In this document: one piece after another, positions 56,379 to 64,000 of the stretch | Numbering within the stretch: position 1 is the first letter of the stretch | Layout: every line of letters begins with the position of its first letter | Translations under genes and position numbers: made by a program | DNA from: an uncultured Oscillospiraceae bacterium | GTDB taxonomy: Bacteria > Bacillota > Clostridia > Saccharofermentanales > Fastidiosipilaceae | DNA length: 64,000 bases | Assembly: GCA_964558445.1 (NCBI GenBank) | Contig: CAZLEA010000001.1 | Span: forward strand, 66,236-130,235 | Reading direction: 5' to 3' | The notes under the pieces: generated by a model | Seen by the model: only the letters and a program-made list of their open reading frames with translations | Told to the model about the DNA's origin: nothing | Databases searched by the model: none

Positions 56379-56831
56379 CTAACAACAGAGGCATAGGTCA
56401 CCGCCCATGCACTCACAGAGACTGTCTGCACAACAAAGGAGCATCATCGAATCGCAGAAGCTCATACCGCCTCCGCCGCCATAGTAGCCTCGCCCCTGGT
56501 AGGGATTCCCACCCGGTCTCTGATACGGATTCTGACCATACGGCCCTTGTTGGCCGAACGGGCCCTGATTGTACGGACCTTGGTTCTGAGTATAACCGCC
56601 CTGCCCGTAGCGCCCGGCTTGTTCCCAAGCAGCACGCTTCTGTGGGTTAGTCAAAGTATCGTAGGCCTCGTTGATCTCTGCCATCTTCTCTTCTGCCAGG
56701 GACTTCAGCGGATGTCCGTGATAGTGATCCGGATGATACTTCTTGGCCAATTCATGATAAGCCTTCTTGATTTCCTCATCTGTGGCACCGGGCTTGATTC
56801 CCAATACCGTATATGGATTCTTCTGAGCCAT
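56379..56831 (-). CDS. J-domain protein with a Q/G/P/Y-rich linker and a Cys-rich C-terminal tail
   Basis: [29 protein letters not shown] (HPD motif), a linker GQGGYTQNQGPYNQGPFGQQGPYGQNPYQRPGGNPYQGRGYYGGGGG, and a tail FCDSMMLLCCADSLCECMGGDLCLCC. GAGGT SD. Confidence 0.85.
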   Translation of the reverse strand: MAQKNPYTVLGIKPGATDEEIKKAYHELAKKYHPDHYHGHPLKSLAEEKMAEINEAYDTLTNPQKRAAWEQAGRYGQGGYTQNQGPYNQGPFGQQGPYGQNPYQRPGGNPYQGRGYYGGGGGMSFCDSMMLLCCADSLCECMGGDLCLCC

Positions 56832-56906
56832 AATCTACCTCATTCGGATCGGTCGCTTCGTTCAAACGATCGACTAATCACTATAAATATACCGCATTAT
56901 AACACG

Positions 56907-57848
56907 CTAGAGTTTGGTCGGTACACCGCCGCTCATGACCGTCATGCGTATGTCGAACAGGCCATCACAGGCTACATTGGCAATCAATTCGCCAAACCTC
57001 GGGTACGTGAGCAGGGCCAACTGTCTGTCAATTCGCTGTTCAAGCAAGTAGAGCCTCGCAGCAGCTTGCATCGCGAAGTGGTCCCTCTCCGTTAGCATCT
57101 TCTCCTCTGTTTGCAAACTGTCGATGTAGGCTTGGCGGTGATCCGGATCGATCTCTTGGGGCGGCAAGTAGAGCAAGGCGTTGTAACGTCCCTCCTCTCG
57201 ATCCGCTTCGAAGTCGTCTTGTGCATCTATCAAATAGATCCACTCGCCAAGGTCCACGGCAGAGAGCAAGAGTGCCTCCCTCGTGATCGGATCGACTGCC
57301 GTCATACCGGGTGCCAGCTCGAAGATATCTCTTAACATCTCGCCAAACGCACGCGGCAGAAGTGCGCCCTTATCCATATTTCCTGAGATGGCCTCTTCTT
57401 CCAATCGTTTGCATGCTTCCATCCCTCGGGAGATGACGTCGGCAAGTTGCGGATAGTTCTGTTTCGCCTTCTTCGCGGGTCTTCGATAACCGGAGGCGAA
57501 GACCCGATTCAAGATGGCTTGATCGCCATCATCAATATTATCTTGCATCTTCTCCAAGGCAAGCAAAACAGCTGTCGCAGCCGTAAAATCCAGCACAGGG
57601 TGAGCCTCTGCAATACCGTGCTTCCTCAGCGGCATCAGGACACAGCGATCGGCTTCCATCACCGGCGCTTCACCATGGAAGGCAAGCAGCAAGACAGCCA
57701 TGAAGGTCAGATCATAAGTCGTAGCCAGGCGCGGCAGCTCACCGTAGCCTCGCTTCAGCGATTTGCATAAGCCGCAGTAGACCGCACGGTACCACGTGAA
57801 GTCCTTAATTCTCAAATCGGGTTTATAGGGGCGAACGTATCCAAACAT
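56907..57848 (-). CDS. DUF5685-like hypothetical protein
   Basis: The N-terminus MFGYVRPYKPDLRIKDFTWYRAVYCGLCKSLKRGYG matches my recollection of the DUF5685 family. Start set at 57848; the ORF-track extension to 58112 overlaps gltX. Confidence 0.55.
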   Translation of the reverse strand: MFGYVRPYKPDLRIKDFTWYRAVYCGLCKSLKRGYGELPRLATTYDLTFMAVLLLAFHGEAPVMEADRCVLMPLRKHGIAEAHPVLDFTAATAVLLALEKMQDNIDDGDQAILNRVFASGYRRPAKKAKQNYPQLADVISRGMEACKRLEEEAISGNMDKGALLPRAFGEMLRDIFELAPGMTAVDPITREALLLSAVDLGEWIYLIDAQDDFEADREEGRYNALLYLPPQEIDPDHRQAYIDSLQTEEKMLTERDHFAMQAAARLYLLEQRIDRQLALLTYPRFGELIANVACDGLFDIRMTVMSGGVPTKL

Positions 57849-57909
57849 AGTGGGTTTCCAATTCCGTATTCTTCCAAGCCGTTTCCGGGCAGTATCGGCA
57901 AAGGACAGT

Positions 57910-57937
57910 TTGTCCTTAGCCAAAAAGAGGTTATAAT
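57910..57937 (+). promoter_or_regulatory. putative promoter of gltX
   Basis: TTGTCC (57910-57915), a 16-nt spacer, then TATAAT (57932-57937). Confidence 0.35.
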
Positions 57938-58004
57938 TGTATGATAACAAAGATCGTTGGAAATACAGAGTTTGAACTGTAAACTCTTTTTGAAGGAGCA
58001 AACT

Positions 58005-59474
58005 ATGCATACTAAGGTTCGCACGCGTTTTGCGCCCAGTCCGACCGGCTTCATGCACGTCGGTAATCTGCGCACGGCACTCTACGAATATCTGGTCGCC
58101 AGGGTCAATCACGGCGACTTCATCTTACGTATCGAGGATACAGACCAAGAACGCCAAGTCGAAGGTTCGCTGGAAGTCATCTACAACACGCTGAAGCAAG
58201 TCGGTCTGCACTGGGACGAAGGGCCGGACATCGGCGGCAAGTATGCCCCTTATATCCAATCCGAGCGCCGCGGCATGTACCGCGAGCACGCAGAGCGTTT
58301 GGTCTCTGAGGGTAAGGCGTATCGTTGCTTCTGCAGCGAGGAGCGCTTGCAATCGCTGAAGAGCTCTGGAGACGACAAGGCTCAATTCGCCGGATACGAT
58401 CGTCACTGCAGGGATCTGGACCAGGCCGAGATCGAAGCCAAGCTTGCCGCGGGCGAGCCCTATGTCATCCGCCAGAGGATGCCGTTTACGGGCGAGACAA
58501 GCTTCACGGATGCGGTCTACGGTACCATCACGGTCCGTAACGAGGAGCTCGAAGATCAGATTCTCTTGAAGACGGATGGGTTTCCTACCTACAATTTTGC
58601 CAACGTAATCGATGATCACAGTATGGCGATCACCCACGTGGTGCGCGGTTCGGAGTATCTCTCCTCCACCCCGAAGTATAATCTGCTCTATGAAGCGATG
58701 GGCTACGAGATACCGGTCTATGTCCACCTACCGCTGATCCTCGGCGAGGATGGTCAGAAGCTCTCGAAGCGTCACGGTGCCACGGGTTTTGCCGATTTGG
58801 TCGAAGAAGGTTACTTACCGGAGGCGATCACGAACTATATCGCGATGCTCGGTTGGGCACCCAAGGACAATCGCGAATTGTTTAGCCTGAAGGAATTAGA
58901 AGAGCACTTCGACATCGCCGGTATCGCGAAGTCGCCCGCAGTCTTCGACTACAAGAAGCTACGCTGGTACAACGCGGAATACATCAAGCAGATGAACGAG
59001 GCAGAACTCCTCGATTGCCTGAACCCCTACTTCGATCGCTACGCACCAGGCGTAGATTTCGACCGCCGTCACTTGGCCCTGCTCTTGCAACCCCGTCTCG
59101 AAGTACTGACGGAGCTGCCTGAGAAACTTCTTATGTTGCGAAGCTTCCCCGAGGACTACGACCTCGCCCTATTCACGCATAAGAAGATGAAGACGGATCT
59201 AGCCGGCTCGAAGAAGATGCTAGACGTTTTGATCCCGGGGCTCGAAGCCTTGGATCATTGGAGCTACGACGTGCTACACGATTATCTCGTAGACATCGCC
59301 AAGCAGCTAGAGGTGAAGAACGGACAGGTCATGTGGCCGATTCGAGTTGCGGCTAGCGGCCTTGCTGTTACTCCCGGCGGGGCTGTAGACGTCCTCTACC
59401 TCCTCGGTAAGGATGAAGCGATTCGAAGAGCCAAGTACTCTTCGGAGCGCGTCAATTCGGAACTCGGCGAATAG
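58005..59474 (+). CDS. gltX: glutamate--tRNA ligase
   Basis: RFAPSPTGFMHVGNLRTAL (HIGH-type motif) and KLSKRHG (KMSKS motif). GAAGGAG SD before the ATG at 58005. Confidence 0.93.
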   Translation: MHTKVRTRFAPSPTGFMHVGNLRTALYEYLVARVNHGDFILRIEDTDQERQVEGSLEVIYNTLKQVGLHWDEGPDIGGKYAPYIQSERRGMYREHAERLVSEGKAYRCFCSEERLQSLKSSGDDKAQFAGYDRHCRDLDQAEIEAKLAAGEPYVIRQRMPFTGETSFTDAVYGTITVRNEELEDQILLKTDGFPTYNFANVIDDHSMAITHVVRGSEYLSSTPKYNLLYEAMGYEIPVYVHLPLILGEDGQKLSKRHGATGFADLVEEGYLPEAITNYIAMLGWAPKDNRELFSLKELEEHFDIAGIAKSPAVFDYKKLRWYNAEYIKQMNEAELLDCLNPYFDRYAPGVDFDRRHLALLLQPRLEVLTELPEKLLMLRSFPEDYDLALFTHKKMKTDLAGSKKMLDVLIPGLEALDHWSYDVLHDYLVDIAKQLEVKNGQVMWPIRVAASGLAVTPGGAVDVLYLLGKDEAIRRAKYSSERVNSELGE

Positions 59475-59537
59475 ATTGAAGGGCGAAACACAAGGGACAA
59501 ACGATTCACGAACAACTAAGCTAAGGAGCACAAATAT

Positions 59538-61226
59538 ATGACAAACGACAACGCAAACACAGAGCTGCCTCGCCACTTCATACAGCAGCTCATCAACGAA
59601 GATATGGCCGAGGGCGGCCGCTATCACGGTAGACAGGTACACACACGCTTCCCACCTGAGCCCAACGGCTTCTTACATATCGGCCACGCGAAGGCGATCA
59701 ACATCGACTTCGGTCTGGCGGAGCTAAACGGCGGCTTATGTAACCTGCGTATGGACGACACGAACCCCGAGAAGGAAGACTTGATGTACGTCCGCGCCAT
59801 CAAGGAAGACATCAAGTGGCTAGGCTTCGATTGGGAAGATCGCTTCTACCATGCGTCTGACTACTTCCCCCAGATGTACGATTACGCCGTCCGCATGATT
59901 CGAAACGGGCTGGCTTATGTCGACGACTCCACGGCAGAAGAGATTCGCCAGATGAGAGGGACGCTGACAAGCCCCGGCGTGAACAGCCCGTATCGCGAAC
60001 GGCCGATAGAGGAGAGTTTGGATCTATTCTCCCGCATGAAGGCCGGTGAATTCCCCGACGGCAGTCGCGTACTGCGTGCCAAGATCGATATGAGTGCAGG
60101 TAACATGAACATGCGAGATCCGGTCCTCTACCGCATCTCGCACACACCGCATCACAGAACAGGAACCGAGTGGTGTATCTACCCGATGTACGACTATGCG
60201 CATCCGATCGAAGATGCCATCGAGAACATCACCCACTCCCTATGTTCCATCGAGTTCGAGGACCATCGCCCGCTCTACGAGTGGGTGGTCAACAACATCC
60301 CGATCGAGGACAAGCCGCGCCAGATCGAGTTCTCGCGCCTCGAGATCAACTACACGATCATGAGCAAGCGCAAGCTGCGCAACCTGGTCGAGAACAACAT
60401 CGTCTCCGGTTGGAACGACCCGCGCATGCCAACCCTATCCGGTCTGCGCAGGAGAGGTTACACGCCGGCATCGATCCGCAGCTTCTGCGACCAGGTCGGT
60501 GTCTCCAAGGTGCCGTCGGTTGTCGACATCGCCTTCTTGGAGCACTGTCTGCGCGAAGATCTGAACAAGACAGCCGAGCGCCGCATGGCAGTCCTCGACC
60601 CGATCACGCTGACGCTCACGAACTACCCGGACGAGCAAGTCGAGTACTTCGACGCGGAGAACAATCCGGAGGATCCCGAGGCCGGTAACCGCAAGGTCAG
60701 CTTCTCGAAGCACCTGTGGATCGAGCGCGACGACTTCATGGAAGAACCCTTCAAGAAGTACTTCCGCCTCTATCCCGGTAACGAGGTGCGCCTGAAGCAC
60801 GCTTATGTCATCAAGTGTACCGGTTGCCGCAAGGATGAAGACGGTAAGGTCGTAGAGGTCTTCGCCGAAGTGGACATGGACAGCCGCGGCGGTAACGTCA
60901 CGGACGGGCGCCGTGTCCGCGGTACGATTCAGTTCGTCGATCAGAAGAACGCAGTGGACGCCGAGGTTCGCCTCTACGACAAGCTATTCTTGCTCGAGGA
61001 TCCCGATACGGCAGAGGATTATGCCTCCGTCATCAATCCGGAGTCGCTTGAAGTGAAGCAGGCGAAGCTTGAGGCTGACCTGGCTGAGGCCAAGGAGGGC
61101 ATGGCGTATCAGTTCATGCGACTGGGCTACTTCAGCCTCGATAACGTCGATTCCACACCGGAGGCACCGGTATTCAATCGTTCTGTCTCGCTCAAGGATA
61201 GCTTCAAGATGCCGAAGCAAGGCTGA
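59538..61226 (+). CDS. glnS: glutamine--tRNA ligase
   Basis: RFPPEPNGFLHIGHAKA, IMSKRKL and a C-terminal beta-barrel anticodon-binding domain. AAGGAG SD. Confidence 0.92.
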   Translation: MTNDNANTELPRHFIQQLINEDMAEGGRYHGRQVHTRFPPEPNGFLHIGHAKAINIDFGLAELNGGLCNLRMDDTNPEKEDLMYVRAIKEDIKWLGFDWEDRFYHASDYFPQMYDYAVRMIRNGLAYVDDSTAEEIRQMRGTLTSPGVNSPYRERPIEESLDLFSRMKAGEFPDGSRVLRAKIDMSAGNMNMRDPVLYRISHTPHHRTGTEWCIYPMYDYAHPIEDAIENITHSLCSIEFEDHRPLYEWVVNNIPIEDKPRQIEFSRLEINYTIMSKRKLRNLVENNIVSGWNDPRMPTLSGLRRRGYTPASIRSFCDQVGVSKVPSVVDIAFLEHCLREDLNKTAERRMAVLDPITLTLTNYPDEQVEYFDAENNPEDPEAGNRKVSFSKHLWIERDDFMEEPFKKYFRLYPGNEVRLKHAYVIKCTGCRKDEDGKVVEVFAEVDMDSRGGNVTDGRRVRGTIQFVDQKNAVDAEVRLYDKLFLLEDPDTAEDYASVINPESLEVKQAKLEADLAEAKEGMAYQFMRLGYFSLDNVDSTPEAPVFNRSVSLKDSFKMPKQG

Positions 61227-61275
61227 TCACGTGAACGGAACTGAGACCGATCACGTGAGATCCGAACGCAGCAAC

Positions 61276-61309
61276 AAGGCCGTCGTAAGAAATGACTTAC
61301 GGCGGCCTT
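61276..61309. terminator. hairpin between convergent glnS and the ABC exporter gene
   Basis: 14-bp stem AAGGCCGTCGTAAG / CTTACGGCGGCCTT (one G-T pair) with a 6-nt loop. No clear U-tract on either strand. Confidence 0.45.
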
Positions 61310-61352
61310 TGCCATCATTGGAATGATATAAGAACAAACGAGAATCTGTACG

Positions 61353-63113
61353 CTAAACTTCCTCGAACTGACTGCGATAGAGATTGTAGTACGCGCCCTG
61401 TGCCAAGATGAGCTCATCGTGCTTGCCCTGCTCCACGATCGAACCGTCCTCCATCATCAAGATGTGATCCGCATCCCGAATCGTCGACAAACGATGCGCG
61501 ATAACGAAGGTCGTTCGCCCCTTCATCAGATCGAGGAAGGCTGCTTGGACCAGCATCTCGGTTCTTGTATCGATGCTGGAGGTCGCCTCGTCCAGAATCA
61601 GGAACGGCGGTAGCGTAAGCATCACGCGAGCGATCGTGAGTAGCTGGCGCTGACCCTGCGAGAGCTGTGCGCCCGAATTCTCGAGGACGGTATCGTAACC
61701 GTCCGCCAGGCGCTGGATGAAGCCGTCCGCCCTCGCAGCCACTGCAGCGGCTCTGATCTCCTCGTCCGTCGCATCCGGCTTCCCGTACGCGATATTGTCA
61801 CGAACCGTACCGGAGAACAGCCAGGTGTCCTGGAGAACCATACCGAAGGAAGTTCTGAGGCTCTGTTTGGACACCTGATAGATCGACTGTCCATCGATCT
61901 TGATATCGCCTTGGTTCGCATCGTAGAAACGCATCAAGAGGTTCACAAGCGTCGTCTTACCGGCACCTGTCGGTCCGACGATGCCCACCATAGCACCTGG
62001 TTGAACGCCCAAGTCAAGATCCTTGATCAGAGGACGCTTCGGTGTATACGCGAAGTGCACGTCATCGAAGCAGACAGCGCCCTCCTTGGCACGAAGCGTA
62101 GGGAGATGCAGCGTCTCCTCCTCTTCCTCAACGTCCAGGAGCTCGAAGACTCTGGCGGCGCATGCGAGAGTATTCTGCAAGACCGTGAATACGGCCGATA
62201 GTTCGTTGATCGGTTTGGCAAAGGACATCTGATAATTCAGCAAACGCGACACCTCACCGATCGAGATCGCACCGCTTAAGGCGAAGAAGGCACCGAAGAT
62301 GCCGACAGCGACATACGCGATATTGTTCACGAAGCGCGTGCCGGGATTCGTCAATGAGGAGAAGAACTGGGCCTTCTGACCGACGATGTAGAGCCGCTCG
62401 TTTTGGTCAGAGAATTGTGCCTCGATCGTTTCCTCTTGGCCATAGACCTGGACCAAGTCCTCGTGCTCAATCATCTCCTCGGTCAGGCCCTCGAGGTCAC
62501 CGCGGACCGTCGCCTGTTCGCGAAACATCTGATGCGAACGCTTGGCGATGAAGCTTGTTACCAGGTAGTTTAGCGGCATAATCGCAAGCGCAAGCAGGGC
62601 CACGCCCCACTGTATATAGAACATGAGCGCAAACGAGCCCACGAGGATCAACAAGCCGGAGAACATCTGATTGAGCGTCTGAATCAAGCCGTTGGCGATG
62701 TCATCCATGTCGTTTGTGATACGCGAGATCAAGTCGCCGCGCGCTGTTCGATCCAGATACGAGAGCGGTAGGCGTGAGATATGATTGAAACTCGCCTTGC
62801 GCAGATCCGCCACAACCAAGTTGCTGATGCTCTGGGTCAAGTGGTAGGACCACCACTGGGCGAGCGCGCCGATGAGATAGGCCAGTGCCAGGAGGATTGC
62901 CGTTCGCTTCAGTCCGTCCCAATTCACCTGTCCCACGCCGATCAGTTGATCGATCGCCGAACCGATCAGCCAAGGCGATGCCAGAGATGTGATGGCTACG
63001 ATTAGGCCCGTCAACACGATCACAGTGAGGCGACCGGGGTACTTGTAGAGGTAGGTTAGGAGACGGGCCAGAGTCTCTTTGCCACCCAATGTGCTACGAC
63101 CGTTTGTTCGCAT
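61353..63113 (-). CDS. ABC exporter permease/ATPase fusion, consensus-site subunit of a heterodimer
   Basis: Six-TM domain followed by an NBD: GPTGAGKTT, degenerate signature LSQGQRQ and canonical Walker B FLILDEATSSID. GGAGG SD before the ATG at 63113. Confidence 0.88.
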   Translation of the reverse strand: MRTNGRSTLGGKETLARLLTYLYKYPGRLTVIVLTGLIVAITSLASPWLIGSAIDQLIGVGQVNWDGLKRTAILLALAYLIGALAQWWSYHLTQSISNLVVADLRKASFNHISRLPLSYLDRTARGDLISRITNDMDDIANGLIQTLNQMFSGLLILVGSFALMFYIQWGVALLALAIMPLNYLVTSFIAKRSHQMFREQATVRGDLEGLTEEMIEHEDLVQVYGQEETIEAQFSDQNERLYIVGQKAQFFSSLTNPGTRFVNNIAYVAVGIFGAFFALSGAISIGEVSRLLNYQMSFAKPINELSAVFTVLQNTLACAARVFELLDVEEEEETLHLPTLRAKEGAVCFDDVHFAYTPKRPLIKDLDLGVQPGAMVGIVGPTGAGKTTLVNLLMRFYDANQGDIKIDGQSIYQVSKQSLRTSFGMVLQDTWLFSGTVRDNIAYGKPDATDEEIRAAAVAARADGFIQRLADGYDTVLENSGAQLSQGQRQLLTIARVMLTLPPFLILDEATSSIDTRTEMLVQAAFLDLMKGRTTFVIAHRLSTIRDADHILMMEDGSIVEQGKHDELILAQGAYYNLYRSQFEEV

Positions 63114-64000
63114 AGACGCCTCCTTCCTGTGATTTGGCAATCTCCTGATAGATCTCGGAATCGTCTAGCAATTGATCATGTTTGGCCAGACCCACTTGCT
63201 GCCCATTGTCGAGCACCAAGATACGATCGACTTGCAGTAATTGGTAGACGCGATTCGAGATACGGACGACCGCGGCATCCTTGGTGAGATGGCGCACCGC
63301 CTTGCGCATCTTGGCATCCGTCAGATAGTCGAGCGCACTCGAGCTGTCGTCGAAGATGTAGAGCTTCGCCTCGCGCATCAAGGCTCTTGCGATACTAAGT
63401 CGCTGGCGCTGTCCACCGGACAGATTCTGTCCGCCTCGCTCGACAGGGGCATCCAAGCGATCGTGTAACTGACGGACGAACGATGCCGCCTGCGAAGCCT
63501 CAAGTGCGGCCCACATCTTCTCTTCGAGAGCCGCCGCTTGTTCCGGATCCGGATCACGATAGAGCGCTTGTTCGCTCGGCTTCATACCGAAGAATAAGTT
63601 GCTTCGTATCGTCCCCTTGAATAATACGGCCTTCTGCGGGACCCATGCTATCTCCTCGCGAAGCATAGCCGTAGACCAATCGTCGTACGACCTGCCCATG
63701 AACGACAAGTCGCCGCCATCTCTTGGATAGAGCGCCACGAGCAGCGCCGCAAGCGTGCTCTTACCCGAGCCGGTCGCACCGATCACACCCAGCTCCTCAC
63801 CGGCGGCCAAGTCGAAACTGAGGCCTTCGAGGGCCGGTGTCCTGGTGCCGGGGTAGGTGAAGCTAAGCTCATTGGCTCGAAGAATCGTCTCGTTTAGAGG
63901 CGCAACTTGATCCGGCTTATCGACATCTCTATCTCTCGGATCTTGTTCTTCCGGTGTCTTCGTCTGCAACATATCACTGATTCTGGCCCCTGCGGCAAAC
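63094..64000 (-). CDS. ABC exporter permease/ATPase fusion, degenerate-site subunit (C-terminal NBD only; the gene continues beyond the window)
   Basis: GATGSGKST Walker A, LSGGQRQRLSIARAL signature, and Walker B LYIFDDSSSALD (Asp in place of the catalytic Glu). The frame stays open to the window edge. Confidence 0.85.
   Translation of the reverse strand, partial: FAAGARISDMLQTKTPEEQDPRDRDVDKPDQVAPLNETILRANELSFTYPGTRTPALEGLSFDLAAGEELGVIGATGSGKSTLAALLVALYPRDGGDLSFMGRSYDDWSTAMLREEIAWVPQKAVLFKGTIRSNLFFGMKPSEQALYRDPDPEQAAALEEKMWAALEASQAASFVRQLHDRLDAPVERGGQNLSGGQRQRLSIARALMREAKLYIFDDSSSALDYLTDAKMRKAVRHLTKDAAVVRISNRVYQLLQVDRILVLDNGQQVGLAKHDQLLDDSEIYQEIAKSQEGGVYANKRS

Noticed and set aside
56369-56431. 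Longer start for the membrane protein (MQTVSVSAW...), overlapping the J-protein gene by 53 nt.
   Set aside because: The extension is the alternate frame of the Cys-rich tail codons. The downstream Met (56368) removes the overlap. No strong SD supports either start, so confidence is kept low.
57849-58112. N-terminal extension of the DUF5685-like ORF, overlapping the gltX start.
   Set aside because: The family-typical N-terminus MFGYVRPY begins at 57848. The extension would cover the divergent gltX promoter and its first codons.
1-64000. Window-wide scan by eye for rRNA, CRISPR arrays, transposases, IS inverted repeats, and prophage or conjugation genes.
   Set aside because: I recognised none. 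The window is dominated by housekeeping operons. The only accessory-looking module is the ATPase/Toprim-like pair reported above. By eye that pair shows no obvious compositional break from its neighbours, but I did not compute this.

Overview
This 64-kb window looks like a core chromosomal segment of a Firmicutes-type (Clostridia-like) genome. The lineage call rests on a CIRCE/HrcA heat-shock operon, SpoVG, GlgC/GlgD, a T-box leader and ComEA. I did not compute GC; by eye it is moderate. About 50 of roughly 57 genes lie on the minus strand, often with ATGA-type overlaps or spacers under 20 nt, so most of the window is a few long co-directional operons. Recognisable content, left to right:
- a biotin-dependent carboxyltransferase plus biotin carrier (cut by the window edge)
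- scpB-scpA, an M50 protease and T-box-controlled ileS
- padR, spoVG and a solitary tRNA-Pro(CGG)
- thyA-folA, comEA, rsfS and a nadD-yqeK fusion
- purE-F-N-H-D directly behind prfB
- hom, rdgB, an rRNA m5C methyltransferase and argS
- a GH13 enzyme facing glgC-glgD-glgA
- prmA and dnaJ-dnaK-grpE-hrcA with promoter and CIRCE, then hemW
- nfeD plus an SPFH gene, an M28 lipoprotein and galT
- gltX-glnS and a heterodimeric ABC exporter

I saw no rRNA, CRISPR array, transposase or integrase. The strongest candidate for an undescribed system is a translationally coupled pair at 48116..50039. It encodes an ABC/SMC-type ATPase with a deviant Walker B, plus a 223-aa Toprim-like (DUF4276/RloB-like) protein. 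The pair sits between the NfeD-SPFH operon and hemW, in an otherwise conserved heat-shock neighbourhood, and resembles OLD/AbiL/PARIS-class conflict modules.

Secondary oddities:
- a J-domain protein with a Cys-rich tail, clustered with a DUF5685-like gene and a membrane protein
- two apparent pseudoenzymes (a PBP5-like and an M3B-like protein)
- unusual charged tails on SpoVG and GlgA
- several domain fusions

All family assignments come from motif recognition by eye. No database search, alignment or folding calculation was run.
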